From Promethearchaeota archaeon (GTDB lineage: Archaea; Asgardarchaeota; Lokiarchaeia; Sigyniarchaeales; SOKP01), in the NCBI GenBank assembly GCA_048938855.1, contig JBHLLT010000030.1:1-37006 (forward strand): a DNA stretch of 37,006 bases, read 5' to 3'. Below the pieces are notes generated by a model. The model worked only from the letters and a program-made list of their open reading frames with translations, was not told the DNA's origin and ran no database searches. Positions 1 to 9,134 of the stretch are shown in pieces. Within the stretch, counting starts at the first letter, position 1. Each line of letters begins with the position of its first letter. The translations under genes and the position numbers were made by a program.

Positions 1-1299
1 ATTATTTGCCAAGATTTCTTTACTTATATTAGGGCGTGTTGCTAGGGTTATTAAACATTCTCCGGTACCTCTCTGTAGTAAAGCTATATCTTCTAAATAT
101 GTTGTCAATTTACTCTTTTTTGCCAAATCTTGAGGAGCAAAATATTGAGCATCTTCAATAATGGTAATATGTTGGATTCCCTTAAAATTATAAGCCCCCC
201 TAGTTAAATTCTTATCCCATAAATATTTCAAAATCATATTTAGAAAGAATAAAGCATCTTCTTTCTCGCCACCTAAACGTATAATTGAGCTAAGATCGAG
301 AATTATATTTTTCTTAAACAAATCTTTTATGTCAATCTCATTTCTATTTTCAAATAAATTTTTTAATGGCCCAATAGAGAATCTTCTTACTCTGTTTTTG
401 ATACTAATGAGAGTTTGACTTAACATTGGGATTTGGTTTTTATTCTTCTTTAGATAATCTTGACAATAATATTCAAATCCCTTCCAACTTTGAAATTTTT
501 TATTCTCACATACTTTAACTAATATTTCAACTAAAACTTTTTCCATTTGGGGACTAAATTCCGCGGAATCATCCAGAAATTTTCCACTTTTTAAAATATC
601 AAAAATTCTTTCAGCATGAATAACTGGATTTACAACTCCTGGATTAAAAATATTAATAGAAAAATTTTCACCTGGCCATAATATGAGAACATCATTAATC
701 TTAGTTTGCAGGAAGTGATATTCTCCTTTAAACTCCACTAGAAAGAAGGGAATCTTGTGTATTTTTGTAAAATGTATTAAAAAATTCTGAAGAAAATTAC
801 TCTTTCCTGTTCCAGTTGCCCCACATATAAACATATGCTTTTCAAGATCTCTTATCGCAAGATAATACTTTTGCTTTTTAGCTTTACCTTTTAGAACTCT
901 TCCAATAGGGATGTCTCCTTTTCTATTACCCAATTGTGGAGGAATTTCAAGATCTATGATCTTCTCATCAGTATGTAATAAACTTAGTAAAAAAAAAATA
1001 ACTGAAGCACTATACAGCATATTAGCTAAATTGAATAGTATTGTCGGGATAAAATATCCTTGTCCTTTGTCGATAAATAAATCAGAATTCTTAGATAAAA
1101 AAAAAGGTAAATTGATAATTAAAAATAAAGTAGCACATATTATAATTCCAAAAATCAACAGTTTAATTCGATTTAGGTAATATTTCCTTCTTTTATACCT
1201 ATAGAATACTAAATTAATACAGAAAGATATTAAGGATATCCCTAAAAAAAATAAAATGGAGATCATGATTGAATAATTTATCTTTATATTACTCTTCAA
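1..1299 (-). CDS. Membrane-anchored HerA/VirB4/VirD4-like (DUF87-type) P-loop ATPase, 3' end runs off the window
   Basis: Not in the ORF track; translated by hand. TTG at 1299 (GAGG upstream; alternative ATG at 1266). About 3 hydrophobic N-terminal segments, then KHMFICGATGTGKS (Walker A, ~800-840) and HITIIEDAQ (Walker B, ~145-175). Confidence 0.8.
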   Translation of the reverse strand, partial: MKSNIKINYSIMISILFFLGISLISFCINLVFYRYKRRKYYLNRIKLLIFGIIICATLFLIINLPFFLSKNSDLFIDKGQGYFIPTILFNLANMLYSASVIFFLLSLLHTDEKIIDLEIPPQLGNRKGDIPIGRVLKGKAKKQKYYLAIRDLEKHMFICGATGTGKSNFLQNFLIHFTKIHKIPFFLVEFKGEYHFLQTKINDVLILWPGENFSINIFNPGVVNPVIHAERIFDILKSGKFLDDSAEFSPQMEKVLVEILVKVCENKKFQSWKGFEYYCQDYLKKNKNQIPMLSQTLISIKNRVRRFSIGPLKNLFENRNEIDIKDLFKKNIILDLSSIIRLGGEKEDALFFLNMILKYLWDKNLTRGAYNFKGIQHITIIEDAQYFAPQDLAKKSKLTTYLEDIALLQRGTGECLITLATRPNISKEILANN

Positions 1300-1436
1300 T
1301 TTTAAAAACCTCAATAAATTTTAAAAAAGCCAAAAAATAAGCATTGAAATATTTTTCGTAAACTTTTTTAATTTTATGACTTAGAGATCTATATAAATAA
1401 GAATTTTTCATTAAAAATCTAAAAAGTGAATAAAAG

Positions 1437-3041
1437 ATGGCACAATTATCCGGAGTTCCAATCCTTATACTTAAAGAAGGAACTGAAAGAAAACGTGGAA
1501 AAGACGCTCAAAAAAATAATATAGCTGCTGCTAAAGCAGTTGCTGAAGCAGTAAGAACAACGTTAGGACCAAAGGGCATGGATAAGATGCTAGTTGATTC
1601 TTTAGGAGATGTTACAATAACTAATGATGGAGCAACTATTTTAGACACCATTGATGTTGAACACCCAGCTGCAAAAATGATTGTAGAGGTAGCTAAGACT
1701 CAAGACGAAAAAGTTGGAGATGGAACAACAACAAGTGTTATAATTTCAGGTGAGTTATTAAATCTTGCTGAAGAGTTAATGGAACAATCTGTGCATCCTA
1801 CAATCATCTTCAGAGGATATAGAAAAGCTCTAATTAAAAGCAAAGATTTGCTTCAAGATTTAGCAACAAAGATAGAAATCACTGATAAAAGTACACTAAT
1901 GAAAGTAGCAGAAACTTCAATGAATAGTAAATTAATTGCTGGAGTAAAAAATCATTTTGCAGATATTGCTGTAAGAGCAGTAAGTCAAATCAAAGAAGAA
2001 CGTGGAAGTAATATAATGGTCGATTTAGATCAAATTCAAATAATTAAAAAAGAGGGAAAAAGCCTTTTAGACACTAATTTAATTGAGGGGATTATCGTAG
2101 ACAAAGAAGTAGTTCATCCTATGATGCCAAAATCTATTAAAAACGCTAAGATAGCCTTAATCAGTTCTTCATTAGAAGTAGAAAAAACAGAATTCGATGC
2201 AGAAATAAGAGTTCAGACACCTGATCAAATTAACAAATTTCTTGAGGAAGAAGCAAATATGCTTAGAAATCGTGTATCAAAATTGAAAGAAATTGGGGCT
2301 AATGTCGTATTTTGTCAAAAAGGAGTTGACGATAAAGCACAAAACTTTCTTGCAAGAGAGGAAATATTAACTGTACGTAGAGTTAAAAGATCAGATATGG
2401 AGAAATTGGCACGAGCTACCAATGCAAAAATCATAAATAATATTTTTGAAATCAGTGAAAATGATTTAGGAGAAGCTGGGAAAGTAGAGGAGAAAAAGAT
2501 AGGTGACGATAATATGATCTTCATCTCAGACTGTGCTGATCCAAAAGCAGTAAGTATACTAATACGAGCAGGTATTGAACATGTTGTTGATGAAGCTGAG
2601 CGAATGCTCAATGATGCACTATCCGTAGTTAAAGCAGCGATCGAATTACCTTTCATATTACCTGGTGGTGGAGCTTCTGAAATTGAATTAGCAAAACGAT
2701 TAAGAGCATATGCTAGATCAATAGGGGGAAGAGAACAACTAGCAATTGAGATCTATGCCAATGCATTAGAAATAATTCCGAAAACATTAGTGGAAAATGC
2801 AGGGTATAATCCTGTTGACTTAATCGTGGAACTGAGGTCTAAACATGAAACTGAAGTAGGCAAATCCTTTGGTATTAATATTGATACAGGTAAACCTGAT
2901 GATATGGCCAAATTAGGTGTTTTAGAACCATTATCCGTATTAACTCAAGCTGTTCAGTCTGCAACTGAAGTTTCATCTATGATTCTTAAAATTGATGACG
3001 TTATAGCTGCATCTGGTCTTTCAAAAGGTCCCGAAGAATAG
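1437..3041 (+). CDS. ths: Thermosome (group II chaperonin) subunit
   Basis: [29 protein letters not shown] motifs; 534 aa; ends without the usual Gly/Met-rich tail. Confidence 0.97.
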   Translation: MAQLSGVPILILKEGTERKRGKDAQKNNIAAAKAVAEAVRTTLGPKGMDKMLVDSLGDVTITNDGATILDTIDVEHPAAKMIVEVAKTQDEKVGDGTTTSVIISGELLNLAEELMEQSVHPTIIFRGYRKALIKSKDLLQDLATKIEITDKSTLMKVAETSMNSKLIAGVKNHFADIAVRAVSQIKEERGSNIMVDLDQIQIIKKEGKSLLDTNLIEGIIVDKEVVHPMMPKSIKNAKIALISSSLEVEKTEFDAEIRVQTPDQINKFLEEEANMLRNRVSKLKEIGANVVFCQKGVDDKAQNFLAREEILTVRRVKRSDMEKLARATNAKIINNIFEISENDLGEAGKVEEKKIGDDNMIFISDCADPKAVSILIRAGIEHVVDEAERMLNDALSVVKAAIELPFILPGGGASEIELAKRLRAYARSIGGREQLAIEIYANALEIIPKTLVENAGYNPVDLIVELRSKHETEVGKSFGINIDTGKPDDMAKLGVLEPLSVLTQAVQSATEVSSMILKIDDVIAASGLSKGPEE

Positions 3042-3053
3042 ATTATATAATGC

Positions 3054-3080
3054 TTTTTTATTTCTTTTATCTTTTTTTTT
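3054..3080 (+). terminator. Oligo-T tract, probable archaeal terminator between convergent genes
   Basis: Several T runs immediately after the thermosome stop codon. Confidence 0.4.
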
Positions 3081-3540
3081 AAAATTTATTTAGTTCTTTG
3101 AAGGTTTTCCCCCAAGAAAATTTTGAGAGAATTAAATTTGCCAAATCAAAAAATTTTGTGATATACAATGCTGCAGCTAGTGCTTCAGCAGAACTCAGTT
3201 TTTCCCATTTACCATAATTCGTAGGATTTGCGGCGATTAATAGTGGTAATTTACGAACGTTTTTAAAATCTAGTTTTGTCAAATTCATAATATTATTCCA
3301 AGAGCAATCAATTACAATTAATCCATATTTGAGAATTGTTTTTCTATCTAGATCAGATAATACATTATGTGCAAATGGATTTAGTATAACTGAATTAATT
3401 AGGCTTCTGTCAATCTTGCCAATTGATTTCACAAGACCCAATCTGCTTAATTTAAAACCAGTACATTTCTTTGGATCACATTCCTTATAATTAAGACAAA
3501 ATAATTTAGGTGATTCTTTTGTTGAATTAGTATTAGTCAT
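3079..3540 (-). CDS. tsr3: SSU rRNA aminocarboxypropyltransferase Tsr3 (DUF367)
   Basis: CDPKKCTG, IDCSW, RKLPLLIAANPTNYG, LSSAEALAAAL, FSWG motifs. Confidence 0.92.
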   Translation of the reverse strand: MTNTNSTKESPKLFCLNYKECDPKKCTGFKLSRLGLVKSIGKIDRSLINSVILNPFAHNVLSDLDRKTILKYGLIVIDCSWNNIMNLTKLDFKNVRKLPLLIAANPTNYGKWEKLSSAEALAAALYITKFFDLANLILSKFSWGKTFKELNKF

Positions 3541-3591
3541 GATTATTTTCTTAAAAGCAGTTATTGCATTTATAAAATCAAATTGTTTTAG

Positions 3592-4590
3592 TTAATCATA
3601 CTTAAAACTTGTAAGAACATTTATAGATTTTATAAAGTTCTCAGTTGTTTGTTCTTCACCTAGTATTTGTAAAATCGAATTAATAATATTTCGTGATTCA
3701 CAAATAACTGGAATTCCACCGTAAGTCAACCTAAATAAACCAATAAAAGAGATAACTTCAACGTTTGAAGTATTTTCAACATTAGAGAAATTAATTTTTC
3801 CTGAAGGACAAGCTATTAAGCCATAAAAATTTTCAGAACTTTCTCCTGAAATTGCAATATAACTCAAAAGATCTCCCATAGAACTTCCTCCAGATTCTTC
3901 CTTCATTTTTTGAAAAGCGACGTTAGCATTCGCAGAGAATGCTTCAATTGAAATGGGTAAATCTTGGCCACTAAAATCCTTTGCATCTAGAGTTAAACCT
4001 GAAGGATTAACTAGTCCGTATCGAATAAAAACAGGGTTCTGAACAGAATCTAAGACTTTGCTTATCGAAGGTAATGGATTTGAGAGATCAATAGCTTCGG
4101 GTTTATAAGATGAAAATGGTACTTCTGAACCCATTCCAAATAAATAGATCGCACTTCGTACTTTATCGCAAAAAATTTCTATATCCTTTTCAGATTCATC
4201 TCCACTTCCAAAAAATTCACCTAACTTTTGTTTTAAATAATACATAGCTGTAGCTAAATTATCTGCATCAATAGGCCACTCTTTATGATAATCATGCACA
4301 ATAGTTAGGAGTGTTTCATTAATTCTGATAGTAACTAAACACACCTTATCAAAATAAGAAAATGATATAACTTGATCTTTAATATTCAAATCTTCCCAAT
4401 TTTCTTCACTTGCAGAGAAGGCTGCTGAAGCTAAACTCGTGATCTGATTCGGATTTAAATCAATATCACTTTTTCTTCCTATTTTTGCTATTGAAAGACC
4501 ATCCTGATCACATAAAATTACCAAAACGGTACCTTCTGAAGCACGTAGAATAGATGTCAAGTGTTTTATTAAGGATTCTCTTACACTCAT
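3592..4590 (-). CDS. Roadblock/LC7 (MglB/LAMTOR-like) protein, probably two tandem domains
   Basis: N-terminal VILCDQDGLSIA...ITSLASAAF pattern; a second similar unit (GLVNPSGLTL...FSANANVAF) in the C-terminal half. Confidence 0.65.
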   Translation of the reverse strand: MSVRESLIKHLTSILRASEGTVLVILCDQDGLSIAKIGRKSDIDLNPNQITSLASAAFSASEENWEDLNIKDQVISFSYFDKVCLVTIRINETLLTIVHDYHKEWPIDADNLATAMYYLKQKLGEFFGSGDESEKDIEIFCDKVRSAIYLFGMGSEVPFSSYKPEAIDLSNPLPSISKVLDSVQNPVFIRYGLVNPSGLTLDAKDFSGQDLPISIEAFSANANVAFQKMKEESGGSSMGDLLSYIAISGESSENFYGLIACPSGKINFSNVENTSNVEVISFIGLFRLTYGGIPVICESRNIINSILQILGEEQTTENFIKSINVLTSFKYD

Positions 4591-4765
4591 TGAATCAACT
4601 AAGATTTTTTTTACTAAGTCTTTCTATTATATTTTATGTATTATGTATAATTATAAATTTTTTTCTTTTAATTCAATCGTATTTAAGTTTTTATCCTATG
4701 ATAAGAAATTTTTTTATTTGTAATAATTTTAATTAAATATTAAAACCGTTTTATATAATTTTATT

Positions 4766-4883
4766 GCGGGAATTGCCAAGTCTGGTCAAAGGTGCTAATG
4801 TGGTTGATCTAATACCGACTATAGGCGGTGGACTTAGAATCCATTCTCATAGGAGTTCGGGAGTTCAAATCTCCCTTCCCGCA
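4766..4883 (+). tRNA. trnL: tRNA-Leu(TAG) with a 33-nt intron at about 21/22 (4790-4822)
   Basis: Acceptor GCGGGAA/TTCCCGC, anticodon TAG 4835-4837, long variable arm, GTTCAAATC. BHB: central helix GGTC/GACT, bulges AA^A and AT^A. Spliced length 85 nt. Confidence 0.9.
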
Positions 4884-5008
4884 TTGTTTTGGCTTTTATT
4901 CATAAAATTTTTAATCCAAAATAAATTAAAACATTCTAACTAAATAGTAGATAATTAAAATTGATAAACTAAAAACATAATTATCTCTATTATGTTTTAA
5001 ATTTCTAT

Positions 5009-5110
5009 GCTCCCGTAGTGTAGTCCGGCCAAGCAATAAATATCCAAGGATAATTACTTGAATGCTAGGCCTTCACCCTGGTGACCCGGGTTCAAATCCC
5101 GGCGGGAGCA
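5009..5110 (+). tRNA. trnE: tRNA-Glu(TTC) with a 27-nt intron at 24/25 (5036-5062); C at position 33
   Basis: Acceptor GCTCCCG/CGGGAGC; BHB helix CAAG/CTTG, bulges CA^A and AA^T; anticodon arm CTAGG-CCTTCAC-CCTGG; spliced length 75 nt. Confidence 0.88.
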
Positions 5111-5245
5111 TTAAAACCAATAAAGCTCTCTGTTATAACCGAATTATTCGTTGAAGGTTTTTGAAATTTACCCTAAAAAATTTTTTACTTTAAGAAGTAT
5201 TGCTAAGGTAAGATTATATAAAATATATATATGAGTAATAATAAG

Positions 5246-5414
5246 CGCCCCCGGCATGGTTATCGTCATGTTCAGAGATTGAACATCGATATCGAACATG
5301 CGACCGCCCGGTTAACTTCCGGAGGTACTTAAACATCCCAAATACCTAAGCCGGGTGCTCTACTTAGCCGAGCACACCAAAAGCGGTGATTCTCACTAAC
5401 TGAGCTACGGAGGC
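5246..5414 (-). tRNA. trnN: tRNA-Asn(GTT) with three introns: 18/19 (5364-5395), 33/34 (5317-5348), 59/60 (5260-5290)
   Basis: Removing the 32-, 32- and 31-nt introns gives a 74-nt cloverleaf GCCTCCG TA GCTC AGTTAGGTA GAGC A CCCGG CTGTTAA CCGGG CGGTC GCATG TTCGATC CATGC CGGGGGC G; each junction forms a BHB or relaxed BHB. Confidence 0.9.
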
Positions 5415-5528
5415 ACTTTTCTAATATTTCTTCTGATATATAAATTTATTAAATATAATATTTAGCTTTTTCTCTATTATTTAAAGAGTATAAAAATTAA
5501 ATTAATAAATTCAATGCAATATTTTAAA

Positions 5529-6065
5529 TTATTCTGATTGAGCTGCATAATAGATCAGCCATTTTGCCATAGCTTGAAATGATTCGACGATATTAATATT
5601 ATCTTTGGACGAACAGAATACACATTGATTACATTTTGCTTTCAAAGCATAATCATTAGCTACATCATAATCTACCTCATGGTTCTGAAGATCCCATTTC
5701 ATACCGAGCAGAATTATAGGAATAAAACCAGCTTTTTGACGTATTATTTTTAACCATTCAGGTATTTCTCTAAAAGTATCATAATCACTAATATCAAAAC
5801 ATATAAATGCACCACTAGCTCCTTTACAATAATCCGGTAGCAATTCACGAAATCGTTTTTCGCCTGCAAAATCCCAAAGTTGCATTTTTACAGCTTCACC
5901 ACTATCTAATGTTTCAGATTTAGTATGAAATCCGGCACCTATTGTCATCTTATACCCTTCTTCGAATTTACCTGTGCAATACCGAGTGATCATAGCAGTT
6001 TTTCCTACACCTCCAGCACCAGCAATAATTACCTTAAAAATCCATGAGCTCTGCATTTTTATCAA
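5529..6065 (-). CDS. Rab/Ras-superfamily small GTPase
   Basis: G1 GAGGVGKT, G2 YKMTIG, G3 WDFAGE, G4 MKWD, G5 CSSK; no C-terminal prenylation cysteines. Confidence 0.92.
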   Translation of the reverse strand: MIKMQSSWIFKVIIAGAGGVGKTAMITRYCTGKFEEGYKMTIGAGFHTKSETLDSGEAVKMQLWDFAGEKRFRELLPDYCKGASGAFICFDISDYDTFREIPEWLKIIRQKAGFIPIILLGMKWDLQNHEVDYDVANDYALKAKCNQCVFCSSKDNINIVESFQAMAKWLIYYAAQSE

Positions 6066-6352
6066 TCATATAAATATTCTGACATAAAGAATAAGCTTAT
6101 TGATAAATAATAAAAATTTTGCTTTAAATACTTTTTTGGTTCAGAATTCATTATCAAATTTTTACAACCAAGATCTGAAATCTTAAACAATCTGAAAAAA
6201 AGTGGTTGATTAATAAATCACAATAAATGAATTTGAAATATTTTATCAAAGTGTTTCTGTGAAATGAAAAAGATTTTTATAAGATTTTATTCTATTATTT
6301 TTTAGATTTAAATTTTAAAAAGTTTAAATATTAAAGGTTGTGATAAAAGAGT

Positions 6353-6670
6353 ATTAAAGACGACGACATTTGTCCTATATGTAGTTTTCCAAAAGAACTA
6401 TGTATATGCGATAGCTTAAGTGCGGATGAGCAACAAATAGTAATCTCTAATGATACGAGGAAATGGGGGAGGGTTGTTACCGTCGTTAAATTTATCGGTA
6501 ATTTCGATGTAAACCTAAAAAATATACTGACAAAAGCAAAAAAAAAATGCGCTTCTGGGGGAACAGTTAGGGATAATGAGGTTGAGCTACAAGGGGATCA
6601 TCGGTTTAAAATGAAAAAATTCTTAATTGATCTAGGATTCCCTGAAGAAAATATTCTTATTCAAGAATGA
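6353..6670 (+). CDS. aif1: Translation initiation factor aIF1 (SUI1); no canonical start, probable ATT start
   Basis: Not in the ORF track; translated by hand: (I)KDDDICPICSFPKELCIC...RKWGRVVTVV...KKKCASGGTV...VELQGDHR...LIDLGF...; TGA 6668-6670. In-frame TAA at 6344-6346 bounds the frame, and no ATG/GTG/TTG precedes the Cys motif. Confidence 0.9.
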   Translation: MKDDDICPICSFPKELCICDSLSADEQQIVISNDTRKWGRVVTVVKFIGNFDVNLKNILTKAKKKCASGGTVRDNEVELQGDHRFKMKKFLIDLGFPEENILIQE

Positions 6671-6763
6671 GTTCCTCACACGATTATTTATCAAACAAGT
6701 TATGCAAGTTGGAATATCATAGTATTATATAGATTAATAATAAACTAGTTTAGTATAGTTTCT

Positions 6764-7201
6764 ATGAATTCAGTTATTTATAAAGTAATTTTCAGGGCAC
6801 TTGAACAATTTGAAAATAGAAATCTTACTTTGAGTTTTAAAAATTTAGAATTTAGCACCCCGATATCTCTTCCTAATAAATTCCGAGAATTTAGAGAGAT
6901 GAGTGTAAATACTGATCATGTCATGAGTTTCCAAAATATTGAAGAAGTTCTTATAATTGGAAACCCATCCGTAGAATATTCTTACAATTATTTCCTTGTT
7001 ATACTATACACATTTAAGGCAGATGGGAAAGAGAATGGATTTTTAATTGGTAATGTGAAAAATCTAGGGGATGTTATCATTGGTGTATGGCCATTCAATA
7101 AGGAGCTTAATAATATAACTAAAGATAATGTATTAAATTCATTTAAAGATATTATAGAAAATCCTGATAAATTTAGTAGTATTTGCCTAATTTCTCAATA
7201 A
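6764..7201 (+). CDS. Hypothetical protein
   Basis: 145-aa ORF filling the gap between aIF1 and RPA; no recognised motif. Confidence 0.6.
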   Translation: MNSVIYKVIFRALEQFENRNLTLSFKNLEFSTPISLPNKFREFREMSVNTDHVMSFQNIEEVLIIGNPSVEYSYNYFLVILYTFKADGKENGFLIGNVKNLGDVIIGVWPFNKELNNITKDNVLNSFKDIIENPDKFSSICLISQ

Positions 7202-7217
7202 GGAAGAACTTTATAAA

Positions 7218-8942
7218 TTATATCTTAATTTCCTGCATTACTCTTTCTAATTCCTCATCAATATTAATATCTTTATAATCATATACAATTATCTCATATT
7301 GATTTGAAAAATCACTAAATTTAGCTCTGCCCCTAATAATAATATCTTTTCCTAGAAACTCAGACGATTTTTTTTCAAGAAATCTCTCAAATTCAGGAGT
7401 CTCCCGAAGTTGTACAATATTATTGGTTTCTAGTCCAATTAATTTCTCTGCTAAATCTCCAATGAAAGTACACCTAATAGTTCCAGTTCCATCATCAATG
7501 ATCAGGTTTAAAATCATACGATATTCAGAATCTTCCGTTTTTTCGCAAGTACAATTTTCAATTTTCTTCATGCAATTTTTACATGCTTCATACAAAGTTA
7601 TTTTATTGAGATCTTTTGCAATAAATCCTTTTATTTCAATTGTACCGGGTGTATTAATCGAATCGATTTTAATATAATTACCAGAAAAGTTAGATTGTCT
7701 CTGTTTTTCAGATGCTTCAATATTTTTTAAGTTATTAATCTCTAGATCAATCAACTCCAAGGATGAATCGTTCAATAAAGAAATTTCATTTCTGCTTGAA
7801 AAATTACTATATTTTACTAATACATTCTTCAAAGATAATCCTTGTCCAACAGTCAACTGTTTTGAATATTCTTCTGCTTGCTCACGCCAGAGCGTGATTC
7901 TAATACCATCTGTATTATCACTAACTACAAATCCTAATAAAGAAACTTGGTCTCCAATTTTTAAAGATATTGACTTTAAATTATCTACTGAAGTTATAAT
8001 TCCTCTAAATGACACTATACCACTCTTTTTCTGAAGTTGTTTTATACTTTTTACAGAATCTCCTTTTATATCTAAATCTCCAGTCTTTTTAGCTATTTCT
8101 GTGTTTTTATTGGCTGTAAGCTCAATAGTTTTCGAATCTAAAGCGCTTAATCTAGGATTTAGGTTAGAAATTGATATTACATCATTAACTTCCAATTTCT
8201 TTATTTTTTCAGTATCTTCATTCCAAAATGTAATTCTGGTAGAACCTGTTGAATCTAATAATATTAAGGATTGAACGTATCCTAATTCGCCATCCTTACG
8301 AGTGAATTCTCTTTTTGGGGAAAGCTGAATGATTTTACCTTCTATTGATAAAGAATTAAGATTTAAGTTTATATCACTAATTTTAATTGATTTGAAAGTA
8401 ATTTTAGGGTATTTTTTGTAATCTATATCTTCTGGTGATATAATCACTTTACCATAACTTCCCACATGGATCTCCATATTTCCATACTTCCCTTTTTTTG
8501 CATTTCCGTTAATAATTTTAATTAATTCATTTTTTTCAAAATTTGGTTCAGTAAAAATATTTACTTGATTATCCCAAAGCACAATACGAGCATCTCCAGT
8601 GTTATCATTCAATAAAAAAGAACCAACATATCCTTTAGTGCCATCATTTCTTTCAAAACTATTAACATTATAAATTTCTTTGATCCTCCCATATAATGTA
8701 ATATTTTTCATATTTTGAGTAATATCTGATATAAAAATCTCAATTTCTTTTAATAAATCCTTATTTTCTCCTTTAATATCAACTCCTAACTCTTTTGCAA
8801 TAATAAATAATGCACCCTCATCAGAAATTAGTCCTTTTAATTCACTCTTCTTTTCTTCAACTAAATTCTGTATTTCTTTCCTTGTTAAACCTGTGTCCTC
8901 GATAATTTTATTGATATAAACTTCAGTTTTCATTTCAATCAC
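7218..8942 (-). CDS. rpa: Replication protein A large subunit (multiple OB folds plus Zn finger)
   Basis: GLISDEGALFIIAKELGV N-terminus; repeated DxTG/DxTD...ITxW OB motifs; YEACKNCMKK...CTC; IIDDGTGTIRCTF. Confidence 0.9.
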   Translation of the reverse strand: MIEMKTEVYINKIIEDTGLTRKEIQNLVEEKKSELKGLISDEGALFIIAKELGVDIKGENKDLLKEIEIFISDITQNMKNITLYGRIKEIYNVNSFERNDGTKGYVGSFLLNDNTGDARIVLWDNQVNIFTEPNFEKNELIKIINGNAKKGKYGNMEIHVGSYGKVIISPEDIDYKKYPKITFKSIKISDINLNLNSLSIEGKIIQLSPKREFTRKDGELGYVQSLILLDSTGSTRITFWNEDTEKIKKLEVNDVISISNLNPRLSALDSKTIELTANKNTEIAKKTGDLDIKGDSVKSIKQLQKKSGIVSFRGIITSVDNLKSISLKIGDQVSLLGFVVSDNTDGIRITLWREQAEEYSKQLTVGQGLSLKNVLVKYSNFSSRNEISLLNDSSLELIDLEINNLKNIEASEKQRQSNFSGNYIKIDSINTPGTIEIKGFIAKDLNKITLYEACKNCMKKIENCTCEKTEDSEYRMILNLIIDDGTGTIRCTFIGDLAEKLIGLETNNIVQLRETPEFERFLEKKSSEFLGKDIIIRGRAKFSDFSNQYEIIVYDYKDINIDEELERVMQEIKI

Positions 8943-9134
8943 AATTTGAAAAATTTTCTTTTAGTTCTAAAATATTTTAGTCTGGATTATTTAAAAAAAA
9001 AATTATTTAATTGTAATTAAAAAAAGGAATTCTTTTAAAAATAAAGACTATTAAATAAAGGTAATTTTTCATCTTTTAAGAAAGAAAAACTTTTGAAGCT
9101 GGCTAATATCTTTTAGATTATTTAGAATTTTTTA

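Noticed and set aside
911-1180. 89-aa plus-strand ORF
   Set aside because: Antisense shadow of the minus-strand ATPase gene.
5065-5082. Reading the tRNA at 5009-5110 as a TCA (Sec/opal) tRNA
   Set aside because: The shifted stem does not pair; the acceptor stem is Glu-like, and there is no long variable arm or extended acceptor.
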